DNA of 64,000 bases from Gemmatimonadales bacterium (GTDB lineage: Bacteria; Gemmatimonadota; Gemmatimonadetes; Gemmatimonadales; GWC2-71-9): assembly GCA_037189525.1 (NCBI GenBank), contig JBBCJC010000002.1, forward strand, positions 125,908 through 189,907, in the 5' to 3' direction. A program made the translations under genes and the position numbers. Position 1 is the stretch's first letter; the number at the start of each line of letters is the position of its first letter. Of this stretch, positions 54,931 through 63,665 are shown piece by piece. The notes beneath the pieces were generated by a model. It was given only the letters and a program-made list of their open reading frames with translations, ran no database searches and was not told where the DNA came from.

Positions 54931-57900
54931 ATGCGCTTCAGATCAGTTCTCGGCCTTACCCTGCTGGTTGGCATGACCTCGTCCGCGGCCGGACAGGACG
55001 CCTCGTCGCAACCGGCGTGGGACGTGACCCAGCCCCGCGGCACTACCCGTGAGATCAGCTTCACGACTACGGAAGGCACCTGGATGTCGGTCGATCAGAG
55101 CCCCGACGGGCGCTGGCTGACCTTCGACCTCCTGGGCCACATCTACCGGATCGACGCGGCGGGCGGTACGGCCACCGCGCTGACCCAGTCGAGCGGGATT
55201 GCCATCAATTCCCATCCCAGGATTTCGCCGGACGGCAAGTCGATCGCGTTCATCTCGGACCGGAAGGGACAGATGAACCTCTGGGTCATGGATGCGGATG
55301 GGTCCAATCCGCGCGCCGTCTTCACCGAGAACTACGTCCGCGCCTCGATGCCGGCCTGGACGCCGGACGGCAATTACATCGTGGTGGTTCGCCAGCAGCT
55401 GCCCAGCGGGATGGGTGGCGGCGGGGGCGGCAGCGGGATCTGGATGTATCACAAGGACGGCGGTAGCGGGGTCGAACTCGTGCCCGGCAACCGTCAGCCG
55501 GGCGCCAGCTGGCCCAGCATCTCGCGAGACGGCCGGTATCTCTACTTCCAGGTCCGGGCGGGCTCGGGGCAACCCGGCTACGGCGGACGCACCGAGTTCC
55601 TCACCGGCTCCGCCCAGGTTCGGCGGATCGACCTCCAGACCTCTGAGATCGTCGCGATCTCGTTTGGTGAGCAGAGCCAGCAGGTACAGACCTCGAGCGG
55701 CGGTATGGCGGCGCCGGAAATCTCACCGGACGGCCGCTGGCTCGCCTTCGTGCGGCGGATTCCCGACGGGACGATTTCCTGGCGCGGCCACACCTTCGGC
55801 CCGCGCTCGGCGCTCTGGCTCCGCGACTTACAGACCGGCAGCGAACGCCTGCTGATGGACCCGGTGGAACAGGACATGGTCGAAGCAGGCAAAGTCCTGC
55901 GACCCTTCCCCGGCTACTCCTGGAGCGCCGACGGCCGGTCGATCGTGATCACCCAGGGTGGCCTGCTCCACCGCGTCGACGTCCCCACCGGACGGGTCAC
56001 GCCGATTCCATTCAGCGCCCCGGTCAAGCGGACCATTTCGGAACTGGTGAATCACCAGGATCGGATCACGGATGAGCCGTTCGAGAGTCGCTTCATCCGC
56101 TGGCAGACCGCGTCACCCGATGGCAAGCGGCTCGCCTTCCAGTCGGTGGGCAGGATCTGGATCCAGGATCTGCCGAACGGCACGCCCCGCCGCCTGACGC
56201 CGGCCTCGTTCGAACCGTTCGAGTATGCCCCGTCGTGGTCGCCGGACGGGCAGTGGATTGCTTTCACCAGCTGGGCAGACTCGGTGGCGGGCCATGTCTT
56301 CCGGATTCGCGTCGCGGGCGGCGCGCCGGAGCAGCTGACCCGGGACGCCGGCGAGTATACCCACCCCGTCTGGCGGCCCGACGGCGGTGAGCTGGTGGTG
56401 TCGCGCGGCGCCGGGGAAAGCCGGCACGGCCGCGGTATCGTCTGGAACCCGTACTGGGATCTGGTTCGCCTTCCCGCTACGGGGGGCGCCACCACACCGA
56501 TCGTCCGGGTCACCGTCTCACCAGACGGCACCGCGGGCGCGGTCTTCAACAGCATCCGGAATCAGATCGTGCGGGCCAGCTGGGGTCCGGACGGCCGGAT
56601 CTTCTATCCGCACCTGACGATCGGCGCCACCGGTCTCGAAACTACGTTCTACTCGATTCGCCCCGACGGGTCGGATCGGCGTGCGCACTTGACGTTCCCG
56701 TTTGCGGACGAGGTCGTCACCTCGCCCGACGGCAAGTGGGTCGCGTTCCAGGAGTCCGACAACGTCTGGGTCGCGCCGTTTCCCTACGCCGGCCACGGCT
56801 CGGCGCCGGTCCAGGTCACCAAGCTGCGTGGCAAGCTGCCGACCACGCGGGTGACCACGACGGGCGGGCTCTTTCCCCGCTGGCGCGACAATGAAACGGT
56901 GGAGCTGGGAAGCGGCAACCGCTATTTCCGCTACTCGGTGGCGACCAAGAAAACCGACACCGTCACGGTCCGTCTCCGGGTTCCGCGCGACATCCCGAAC
57001 GGCAGTGTCGTCTTCACCAATGCCAGGATCGTCACGCTCAACAAGCGGCAGGTAATCGAAGGTTCGCTGGTAGTGACCGGCAGCCGGATTGCCTGTGTCG
57101 GCAGCTGCACCGCGCCCGCGGGCGCTCGCATCTTCGACGCGGCGGGTAAGACCATCGTGCCCGGCTTCATCGATGTCCATTCGCACAACTATCGCGAGCA
57201 TCGGGGCATCATTCCGCAGCGGAACACCGAGGGCGCCATTTTCCTGGCCTACGGTGTGACGACGACGATGGATCCGTCGATGTGGTCGCACAACATCTTC
57301 CCGACGGCCGAGATGGTCGATGCCGGGCTGGTGGTCGGCTCCCGGGTCTACTCTACCGGCGATCCGCTCTACGCCGGCGACGGGTCCCGCCAGGAGAATT
57401 TCACATCCTACGCAGCAGCCGAAGCCGGGATTGCCAAGCTGAAGGACTGGGGCGCGGTGTCGCTCAAGCAGTATCTCCAGCCCCGTCGCGACCAGCGGCA
57501 GTGGGTGTCCGAAGCCGCCCGGAAGCTGGGCATCCAGCTGACCGCCGAGAATGGCGATCTCGAATTCAATCTCGGCCTGCTGATGGACGGGCACACCGGC
57601 TTCGAGCACCCGCTCAGCTATCTCCCGCTCTACCGCGACTTCACCCAGTTCATGGGGCGGACCCAGGGCACCTATTCGCCCACCTTCATGGTCGGCGGCG
57701 CCGGCCCGTGGAACGAAGATTACTGGTTCCAGGAATCCGACACCTGGAAAGATCCCAAGACCCGCCGGTTCATGTCATGGCTGCAGTTCATTCCGCAGAC
57801 CCGCCGCCGGGTGCTGGTGCCGGAAACGGATTACAGTTTCCCCTGGATTGCCCAGGGCCTGGCCGACATCATCGAGGCCGGCGGTTTCGGCGCGATCGGT

Positions 57901-58254
57901 GCGCACGGCCAGCACAACGGTCTGGGATCACATTGGGAGGTCTGGATGGCCGCATCGGCGCTGGGTCCGATGGGCGCGCTCGAAATCGCGAGCCTGCATG
58001 GGGCGCGATTCATTGGGAAGGAGCGGGATCTGGGGTCGATCGAGGTGGGCAAGCTGGCCGACTTCATGATCCTCAACTCGGATCCGCTCGCCAACATCCG
58101 GAATACGACCGATATCCAGTACGTCGTGAAGGGCGGCGTGGTCTATGACGACGAGACCCTCGACGAAGTCTGGCCGCGGCAGCGCCGCTATGGCACCGGG
58201 CAGTGGGTCATTCCGGAGGCCCTCAAGCAGGACGACAAGCCGATTCGTCCCTGA
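54931..58254 (+). CDS. Amidohydrolase family protein with N-terminal TolB/PD40-like beta-propellers (paralog of 4913-8362)
   Basis: Signal peptide. SPDG(K/R) repeats. GFIDVHSHNY metal motif. C-terminal GKLADFMILNSDPL. Confidence 0.9.
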   Translation: MRFRSVLGLTLLVGMTSSAAGQDASSQPAWDVTQPRGTTREISFTTTEGTWMSVDQSPDGRWLTFDLLGHIYRIDAAGGTATALTQSSGIAINSHPRISPDGKSIAFISDRKGQMNLWVMDADGSNPRAVFTENYVRASMPAWTPDGNYIVVVRQQLPSGMGGGGGGSGIWMYHKDGGSGVELVPGNRQPGASWPSISRDGRYLYFQVRAGSGQPGYGGRTEFLTGSAQVRRIDLQTSEIVAISFGEQSQQVQTSSGGMAAPEISPDGRWLAFVRRIPDGTISWRGHTFGPRSALWLRDLQTGSERLLMDPVEQDMVEAGKVLRPFPGYSWSADGRSIVITQGGLLHRVDVPTGRVTPIPFSAPVKRTISELVNHQDRITDEPFESRFIRWQTASPDGKRLAFQSVGRIWIQDLPNGTPRRLTPASFEPFEYAPSWSPDGQWIAFTSWADSVAGHVFRIRVAGGAPEQLTRDAGEYTHPVWRPDGGELVVSRGAGESRHGRGIVWNPYWDLVRLPATGGATTPIVRVTVSPDGTAGAVFNSIRNQIVRASWGPDGRIFYPHLTIGATGLETTFYSIRPDGSDRRAHLTFPFADEVVTSPDGKWVAFQESDNVWVAPFPYAGHGSAPVQVTKLRGKLPTTRVTTTGGLFPRWRDNETVELGSGNRYFRYSVATKKTDTVTVRLRVPRDIPNGSVVFTNARIVTLNKRQVIEGSLVVTGSRIACVGSCTAPAGARIFDAAGKTIVPGFIDVHSHNYREHRGIIPQRNTEGAIFLAYGVTTTMDPSMWSHNIFPTAEMVDAGLVVGSRVYSTGDPLYAGDGSRQENFTSYAAAEAGIAKLKDWGAVSLKQYLQPRRDQRQWVSEAARKLGIQLTAENGDLEFNLGLLMDGHTGFEHPLSYLPLYRDFTQFMGRTQGTYSPTFMVGGAGPWNEDYWFQESDTWKDPKTRRFMSWLQFIPQTRRRVLVPETDYSFPWIAQGLADIIEAGGFGAIGAHGQHNGLGSHWEVWMAASALGPMGALEIASLHGARFIGKERDLGSIEVGKLADFMILNSDPLANIRNTTDIQYVVKGGVVYDDETLDEVWPRQRRYGTGQWVIPEALKQDDKPIRP

Positions 58255-58287
58255 GAATCGGCTGGTCGCTCGCTTCGCATCCGGTCG

Positions 58288-58857
58288 TCAGCGCAGGCGG
58301 CCGGATGCCATTCCCGACGGTTCGTGGTCATCCGCAGCCGGCGGGCGGTAGGTCGGATCGGGAGCTGCACCCAGCGGCTCCCGCGCCATGCCCCGCCGGA
58401 GCGCCGGATGCTTCCGGACCAGATACCACGCCATCACCGCGGCCGCCAGCGTGTTGGCCGCCAAGACCGACCACATCGGGAAAAGCCCTTCCGTGCCCCG
58501 GAAGAACATGTTGAGGAGTCCGTAGAAGAACACTTCGAACGCGATGAACCCCATCAACAGCACGAACCGGAAGATGCCATGCCGATCCGCCAGAAACACG
58601 AGCTGCGTGGCAACCGCGCCGATGACCAGGAAGGCCGCCACATGGAGCGCGGAATACGCCGCCACCGCCGACCACTGAACCGTTTCCGTCACAGGCGTGG
58701 TCTGACCGAAGAGAATTACCTGACCCAGGATGCTCGGCGTCACGAAGGGCCGGCCCGCCAGCGTGTCGACCACCAGGAACCAGAGCGCGACGGCGCCGGC
58801 GCCAAGCAATCCGGTCACCAGGCTCTCACCGCCAATCGAGTGATGGTGTTTCATCAT
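58288..58857 (-). CDS. Hypothetical integral membrane protein
   Basis: MMKHHHSIGG..., then five hydrophobic helices. No recognised family. Confidence 0.6.
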   Translation of the reverse strand: MMKHHHSIGGESLVTGLLGAGAVALWFLVVDTLAGRPFVTPSILGQVILFGQTTPVTETVQWSAVAAYSALHVAAFLVIGAVATQLVFLADRHGIFRFVLLMGFIAFEVFFYGLLNMFFRGTEGLFPMWSVLAANTLAAAVMAWYLVRKHPALRRGMAREPLGAAPDPTYRPPAADDHEPSGMASGRLR

Positions 58858-58933
58858 CGGAATTCCGCCTTTCTTCCGTAACAGATCCTCTCGGAAACTC
58901 GGGGAGGCCGCCCGGCATGGATGCTGGCCCGTT

Positions 58934-58949
58934 TCAATGCTAGCATTGA
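58934..58949. promoter_or_regulatory. Perfect 16-bp palindrome in a divergent promoter region (candidate operator)
   Basis: TCAATGCTAGCATTGA. It lies between the divergent genes starting at 58857 (-) and 59084 (+). A TTCAAT half-site recurs about 45 nt downstream. Confidence 0.35.
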
Positions 58950-59083
58950 TTCGGACTCGACATAACCCGGCCACGTCAGTGGCGTATTTTCAATCACTTC
59001 GCCTGATCTCAGTGCCTGACCCGTTCCTCCATCTAGGGGTGACGGGGCGGCCTGATCCGATCGCACACCCATGGAGGCCCGGT

Positions 59084-61234
59084 ATGCGCCGTTCCCGTCT
59101 CATCGCTTTCGCGCTGGCAGCCTGGTGCGGAGCCGATGCTGCCGCTCTCAACGCCCAGGCTTCGGCACCCAAGCCGGAGATCATTCGGACCGCGTACGGC
59201 GTGCCGCACATCTATGCGGACAATCTCTGGGCCGCCGGCTACGGACTCGGCTGGGTCCAGGCGGAAGACTATGGCACCCGCGTCGTGCATGGCCTGGTCA
59301 GCGGTCGCGGCCAGATGGGCCGAACCTTCGGTCGCGACAGCCTCGACGGCGACTTCGGACGGCGACCGATCCACGCCGAGGCTATCCGCCGCTGGCCGAC
59401 CCTGGAACGGGCAACGCAGGACGTCTATGACGGCTTTGCCGTGGCGATCAACGATTTCATCCGCGCCAACCGGGGCCGCTTCAACCCCGCGATCGAGCCC
59501 GATTTTACCGGGTGGGACGTGCTGGCCCGGGAGATGGGCGGCGGCGGCAACCCCATGACTGCCCGGCGGCTGGTGCAGCGAGCGCTCGGCCGATCGGGAT
59601 CTAGCGGCGGGTCCGGGTCCGGCGGTCCCTCCGGCGAGGCCCTCAGTGGCTTCCCAACAGGCTGGGAAGGGCCGGTCGACGGCTCCAACGCCTGGGCCGT
59701 GGCGCCGAGCCGGACGGCGTCGGGCCGGGCGATCCTGCTCCGCAATCCGCACCTGGCGTGGACCGCCGGGTACTACGAGGCGCACGTCGTGGTGCCGGGC
59801 CGCTTCGACTTCTACGGCGACTTCCGGATCGGGAGTCCGTTCGGCGTGGTCGGCGGCTTCAATCGGGATCTCGGCTGGGCCACGACCAACAACAACGTGG
59901 ATACGGACGAGCTCTACGCGGTGCCGCTTGCGCCGGGACTGGTCGACCACATCCTGATCGATGACCGCCCGGTGCCGCTCGAACCGGTCGACGTGACGGT
60001 CGAGTACCGGAACGGGCCCGGATTCTCGTCGGAAACCCGTCGGAGCTGGACCTCGCCGTTCGGGCCGGTGGTGGAGCGCGCCGGTGGTCAGGCGTTCATC
60101 CTCAAAGCGGCGGGCGCCGGAGAACACCGCGGCGGCGAGCAGTTCCTCAGGATGATGCACGCCAAGACGCTCGCCGAGTGGGAGGCCGCGGTGGCGATGC
60201 GGGCGCGGGCGAGCTCCAACTTCACCTATGCGGACCGAGCGGGGAACATCTTCTACGTCTGGAACGGATCGCTGCCTGCGCTGCCGCATCCCTCCGGCGG
60301 CGATTCCACGGTCGTCGCGGTCACGTCGAGCCGGCAGATCTGGTCGCAGCTGGTGCCGTACGATTCGCTGCCCAAGGTCAAGAACCCGCCGGGCGGCTAC
60401 GTCCATCAGGAGAACTCGTCGCCGCACTTCACCAACCTGCTGGCGCCGCTCGACCCGGCAAACTACCCGCCGAACATCGAGGCGCCCAGCCTGAGCCTCA
60501 GGAGCCAGCTCGGCGCGGACCTGATCGGCACGCAGGGCCGCAAGCTGACGCTGGAGAATGTGCTCCAGCTCAAGAACAGCACCCGGATGCTGCTCGCCGA
60601 GCGGATCAAACCCGACCTGCTCCGCGCGGCGGCAGCTGCGTCGAACGGCAAAATTCGTGAAGCGACCGCCCTGCTCGAACAGTGGGACAACACCACCGAC
60701 CCCGACAAGCGCGGGGGCGTCCTCTTCGAGATGTGGTGGCGGCTCTACTCCCGCTCCACGCGGCAGCCGTTTGCTACGCAGTGGGCCATCACCGAACCGA
60801 CCACGACGCCACGCGGGCTGGCCAATCCGACCGCGGCGGTCGAAGCGCTGGCGCAGGCGGTCGACTCGGTCACGACCCGGTGGGGCCGCATCGACGTGCC
60901 CTGGGGTGAGGTCCATCGCGTCCGCATTGCCAACCACGATGTGCCGGTCGGCGGCTGTCTCGGTGTGATGGGATGTTTCCGGACCCTGGCCTTCCAGGAC
61001 GACCCCGACGGCAAACGGCGGGTGTCCGGCGGCGACGGCTGGATCCTCGCGGTGGAGTTCGGCGCCACGCCCCGCGCGTACTCGGTGCTCGCGTACGGGC
61101 AGAGCAACGATCCGTCGTCACCCTACTACGGCGACCAGGCGCCGATGTTTGCGCGCGGCGAGTTCAAGCCGATTGCGTACACGCGGGCCGACGTCGAGAA
61201 GCAGGCCATCCGGCGCTACCGGCCAGGCCAGTAA
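59084..61234 (+). CDS. Penicillin acylase family (Ntn hydrolase; acyl-homoserine-lactone/penicillin acylase-like)
   Basis: Signal peptide MRRSRLIAFALAAWCGADAAALNAQ. Autoprocessing-site context GSNAWAVAPSRTASGRAILLRNPHL. Confidence 0.85.
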   Translation: MRRSRLIAFALAAWCGADAAALNAQASAPKPEIIRTAYGVPHIYADNLWAAGYGLGWVQAEDYGTRVVHGLVSGRGQMGRTFGRDSLDGDFGRRPIHAEAIRRWPTLERATQDVYDGFAVAINDFIRANRGRFNPAIEPDFTGWDVLAREMGGGGNPMTARRLVQRALGRSGSSGGSGSGGPSGEALSGFPTGWEGPVDGSNAWAVAPSRTASGRAILLRNPHLAWTAGYYEAHVVVPGRFDFYGDFRIGSPFGVVGGFNRDLGWATTNNNVDTDELYAVPLAPGLVDHILIDDRPVPLEPVDVTVEYRNGPGFSSETRRSWTSPFGPVVERAGGQAFILKAAGAGEHRGGEQFLRMMHAKTLAEWEAAVAMRARASSNFTYADRAGNIFYVWNGSLPALPHPSGGDSTVVAVTSSRQIWSQLVPYDSLPKVKNPPGGYVHQENSSPHFTNLLAPLDPANYPPNIEAPSLSLRSQLGADLIGTQGRKLTLENVLQLKNSTRMLLAERIKPDLLRAAAAASNGKIREATALLEQWDNTTDPDKRGGVLFEMWWRLYSRSTRQPFATQWAITEPTTTPRGLANPTAAVEALAQAVDSVTTRWGRIDVPWGEVHRVRIANHDVPVGGCLGVMGCFRTLAFQDDPDGKRRVSGGDGWILAVEFGATPRAYSVLAYGQSNDPSSPYYGDQAPMFARGEFKPIAYTRADVEKQAIRRYRPGQ

Positions 61235-61256
61235 CTCCGGACCGATCGAGCAAGCG

Positions 61257-61547
61257 ATGTCACGAGCATTCGTCAAAGAAGACAGCGATGGGGCCGCGCC
61301 GCGATACTCGCTGCCGGCCCCCGACGATCCGGCCTACCCGATGGCCGCCGCGCGGGCCTTGCTGACCGGCGCCAACGCTGGCGATACGGGGAGCGCCGAA
61401 GCCGCCACCGGGTACCTCTGGGGCGACCCGCGCCTGGTCGACGAGTTCCGCCAGCTGCGCCTGGAAGCCATCGAGCGCCGCGACGACCGCGCGGAAACGC
61501 TGGCCGAGCGGTACCTGCGCAATGCTGGAGTCGTTATCGAGGACTGA
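61257..61547 (+). CDS. Hypothetical small protein (MSRAFVKED N-terminus)
   Basis: 96 aa. The N-terminal MSRAFVKEDSD resembles the start of some GreA/Rnk-like proteins, but no C-terminal domain is present. Confidence 0.45.
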   Translation: MSRAFVKEDSDGAAPRYSLPAPDDPAYPMAAARALLTGANAGDTGSAEAATGYLWGDPRLVDEFRQLRLEAIERRDDRAETLAERYLRNAGVVIED

Positions 61548-61558
61548 ATCTTTGTTCT

Positions 61559-61691
61559 GTCGGGAGGGACGAGGGGGCGCGGCGCTGCCAGCGCGTCAGT
61601 CGCACGGTACCCGGTCTGTGATCCCACCGATCGAGTGCGACTGCAGCGCCAAGCGCCGCGCCCCGCCCCGCGCCCCCTCGTCCCTCCCGAC
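61559..61691. repeat. 133-nt rod-like inverted repeat between convergent genes
   Basis: Perfect 24-bp arms: GTCGGGAGGGACGAGGGGGCGCGG (61559-61582) and CCGCGCCCCCTCGTCCCTCCCGAC (61668-61691). An inner 9-bp pair CAGTCGCAC/GTGCGACTG and further GC palindromes are present. Confidence 0.8.
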
Positions 61692-61706
61692 GCTACGTTC
61701 CGTGAG

Positions 61707-63575
61707 TCAAGGCAGGTCGACCTTGTACTCGACGACCCCGCCACGTGTGCTGAGCAACCGAACGGTCAGGGAACGATCCGCGGTCTCGGCGCCCGCTTTG
61801 ATCCGGAGTCGGATCGTTTTGGTCTCGTTGCCACCCATCCAGAACTCCGGCGCTCTGCCGACCGTCCGGCTCTTGCTTCCTTTGGCAAACTCGGCCACGA
61901 GCCGGTCGGGCCGCACAATCTTGACCTTTTTGGCTTGATCCAGCGCGGTCGGCAAGCGGCCGGCGTTGCGGACCGTTACGACCAGTTCATGGGTGGCCGA
62001 GTCGGCGGCGGCGCGGGTCAGGCGGGAGGCCTTGACCGAAGGGATCGACAGCTGCGGAAGGGATTTGGCCATGTACAGATTGAACATGGCCTGTTTGCGG
62101 GCCCACTCCTCCAGCACCTCCGGCGGGCCATTCTGCGAGAAGAACTTCGGGTTGAAGCCGCCGATTTCGACCTTGCCGAGCTGCGGGTGATCGAACGGAG
62201 TCCACGGCTTGAAGCAGGTCCCGTTGAAGCGCTCGTCGCACCAGCGGAGCACCTCCCATTCGTCGATATCGCCGTCCCCGTCGTAGTCCTTTTCGCGGCC
62301 GCCGTGCCAGATCTCGTCTCCGTACCAGACGGCGCCGAAATCGGCGTAGCCCCAGTCCGGGCCATGGCCGAACAGCGGCGAGGGACGCGTCGAATCGCCG
62401 GTGAACGGGTTGATGGCGCGGCGGGTGGCGTAGGTCCGGTAGACGTCGCCCGCCCACGGATAGCCGGTGAAACTGAGCCCGGCCGAATCCATGTGGTGAT
62501 AGATGACGAGGTCGGACGGCATGATGCACTCGGTTTCTTCGCAGACCGAGGGACCGCGTAAATGCATCGGCACCGCCGTGTCCATCGAGTTGACCACGCC
62601 GACGTGCGGATGGCGCAGCAACCAGAGCACCAGCGAACGCGTCTCCGGCTCCGATAACGGATGCTCGCCCGCGCCCAACTGGGTCCAGCCTCGCCCCGTG
62701 ACGTCGCTCCCCGGTTCGGGCCGCCAATTGGACGGGTAGTTGCGGTGGAGGTCGAGCCCGCCGATCCCGTCCTCGTTGTAGCGGCCGTCGCCGTCGTTGT
62801 CGATCCCTTCGCTCCAGACCTTCCAATCGCCGGTGCCGGTTCGCACCCGCTTCATCGCGCGGCCCGAGGGATCCTTGGGATCCTGGATGTAGTCGCCCTT
62901 GCCCATCTCGACCCGCTGGCGCATCTGGCGGATATACCCGTCGCTATCGAGGTCCTCTCCCGGGTCTTCGTCGAGCAAGCCGTCCCCATCCGAGTCGTGC
63001 GGTCGGACACTGCTGCGATTGGTTTGCGCGGTGAGCCGGTAGAGGTCCGAGCCATCCGGATTGTTGAGTGGTCGGACGTAAATGGCCTTCTGATCGAGCA
63101 GGGCCGTGATCTCCGGATCCTTGCCGTAGTTCTCGAGCAGGTACCAGGCGAGGTAGAGCGCCGATTCCGTGCTGGAAATCTCGCCCGAGTGCCGCCCCGC
63201 ATCGAACAGGGCGGCGGGCTTATCGGTGTGCTTGCCGGTCTTCTTGTTGGTGAGCGTGAGTTGCCAGAGGGTCCGACCGCCAAAACTCTCACCCACTTCG
63301 TAGAGGTCCACCAGCTCCGGATACCGTTTGGCCCACTCGTGCATCCACCATTCCACCTCGACCGAGGTATGGTAGTGCTTGAAATCCATCTGTCCCTCGA
63401 CCAGCGGTTTGGTCTCGGGATAGCTGGTCAGCGGAAAGATGCTGGGTCCGTGGCGCAGTCCAGGTACGGCCAGGACTTTCGGCGTCGAGTCGCGTGTGGA
63501 CGGGCGGTCTTGCCCTATCAGCGGGACAATCGCAACAAGCGGAAGTGCCGCAACGAGAAAGGCGCGGAGAGCCAT
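61707..63575 (-). CDS. M14 family zinc carboxypeptidase
   Basis: Signal peptide MALRAFLVAALPLVAIVPLIGQ. HxxE zinc motif context (FDAGRHSGEISSTE). 622 aa. Confidence 0.85.
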   Translation of the reverse strand: MALRAFLVAALPLVAIVPLIGQDRPSTRDSTPKVLAVPGLRHGPSIFPLTSYPETKPLVEGQMDFKHYHTSVEVEWWMHEWAKRYPELVDLYEVGESFGGRTLWQLTLTNKKTGKHTDKPAALFDAGRHSGEISSTESALYLAWYLLENYGKDPEITALLDQKAIYVRPLNNPDGSDLYRLTAQTNRSSVRPHDSDGDGLLDEDPGEDLDSDGYIRQMRQRVEMGKGDYIQDPKDPSGRAMKRVRTGTGDWKVWSEGIDNDGDGRYNEDGIGGLDLHRNYPSNWRPEPGSDVTGRGWTQLGAGEHPLSEPETRSLVLWLLRHPHVGVVNSMDTAVPMHLRGPSVCEETECIMPSDLVIYHHMDSAGLSFTGYPWAGDVYRTYATRRAINPFTGDSTRPSPLFGHGPDWGYADFGAVWYGDEIWHGGREKDYDGDGDIDEWEVLRWCDERFNGTCFKPWTPFDHPQLGKVEIGGFNPKFFSQNGPPEVLEEWARKQAMFNLYMAKSLPQLSIPSVKASRLTRAAADSATHELVVTVRNAGRLPTALDQAKKVKIVRPDRLVAEFAKGSKSRTVGRAPEFWMGGNETKTIRLRIKAGAETADRSLTVRLLSTRGGVVEYKVDLP

Positions 63576-63609
63576 GAGAACCGGTCACGGAAGGGGGACT
63601 CACTAAGAT

Positions 63610-63639
63610 AGCGCTCCGCTTGGAGTAACGCGGAGCGCT
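63610..63639 (-). terminator. Hairpin downstream of the partial minus-strand gene
   Basis: AGCGCTCCGC (63610-63619) pairs with GCGGAGCGCT (63630-63639), a 10-bp stem. It lies 26 nt after the stop at 63666. The U-tract is weak. Confidence 0.45.
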
Positions 63640-63665
63640 TTATAAGCGGACCTACGCCCGACAGG

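Noticed and set aside
59033-60937. 634-aa minus-strand ORF antisense to the penicillin-acylase-family gene
   Set aside because: High-GC antisense artefact. The plus strand has a signal peptide and the GSNAW Ntn processing motif.
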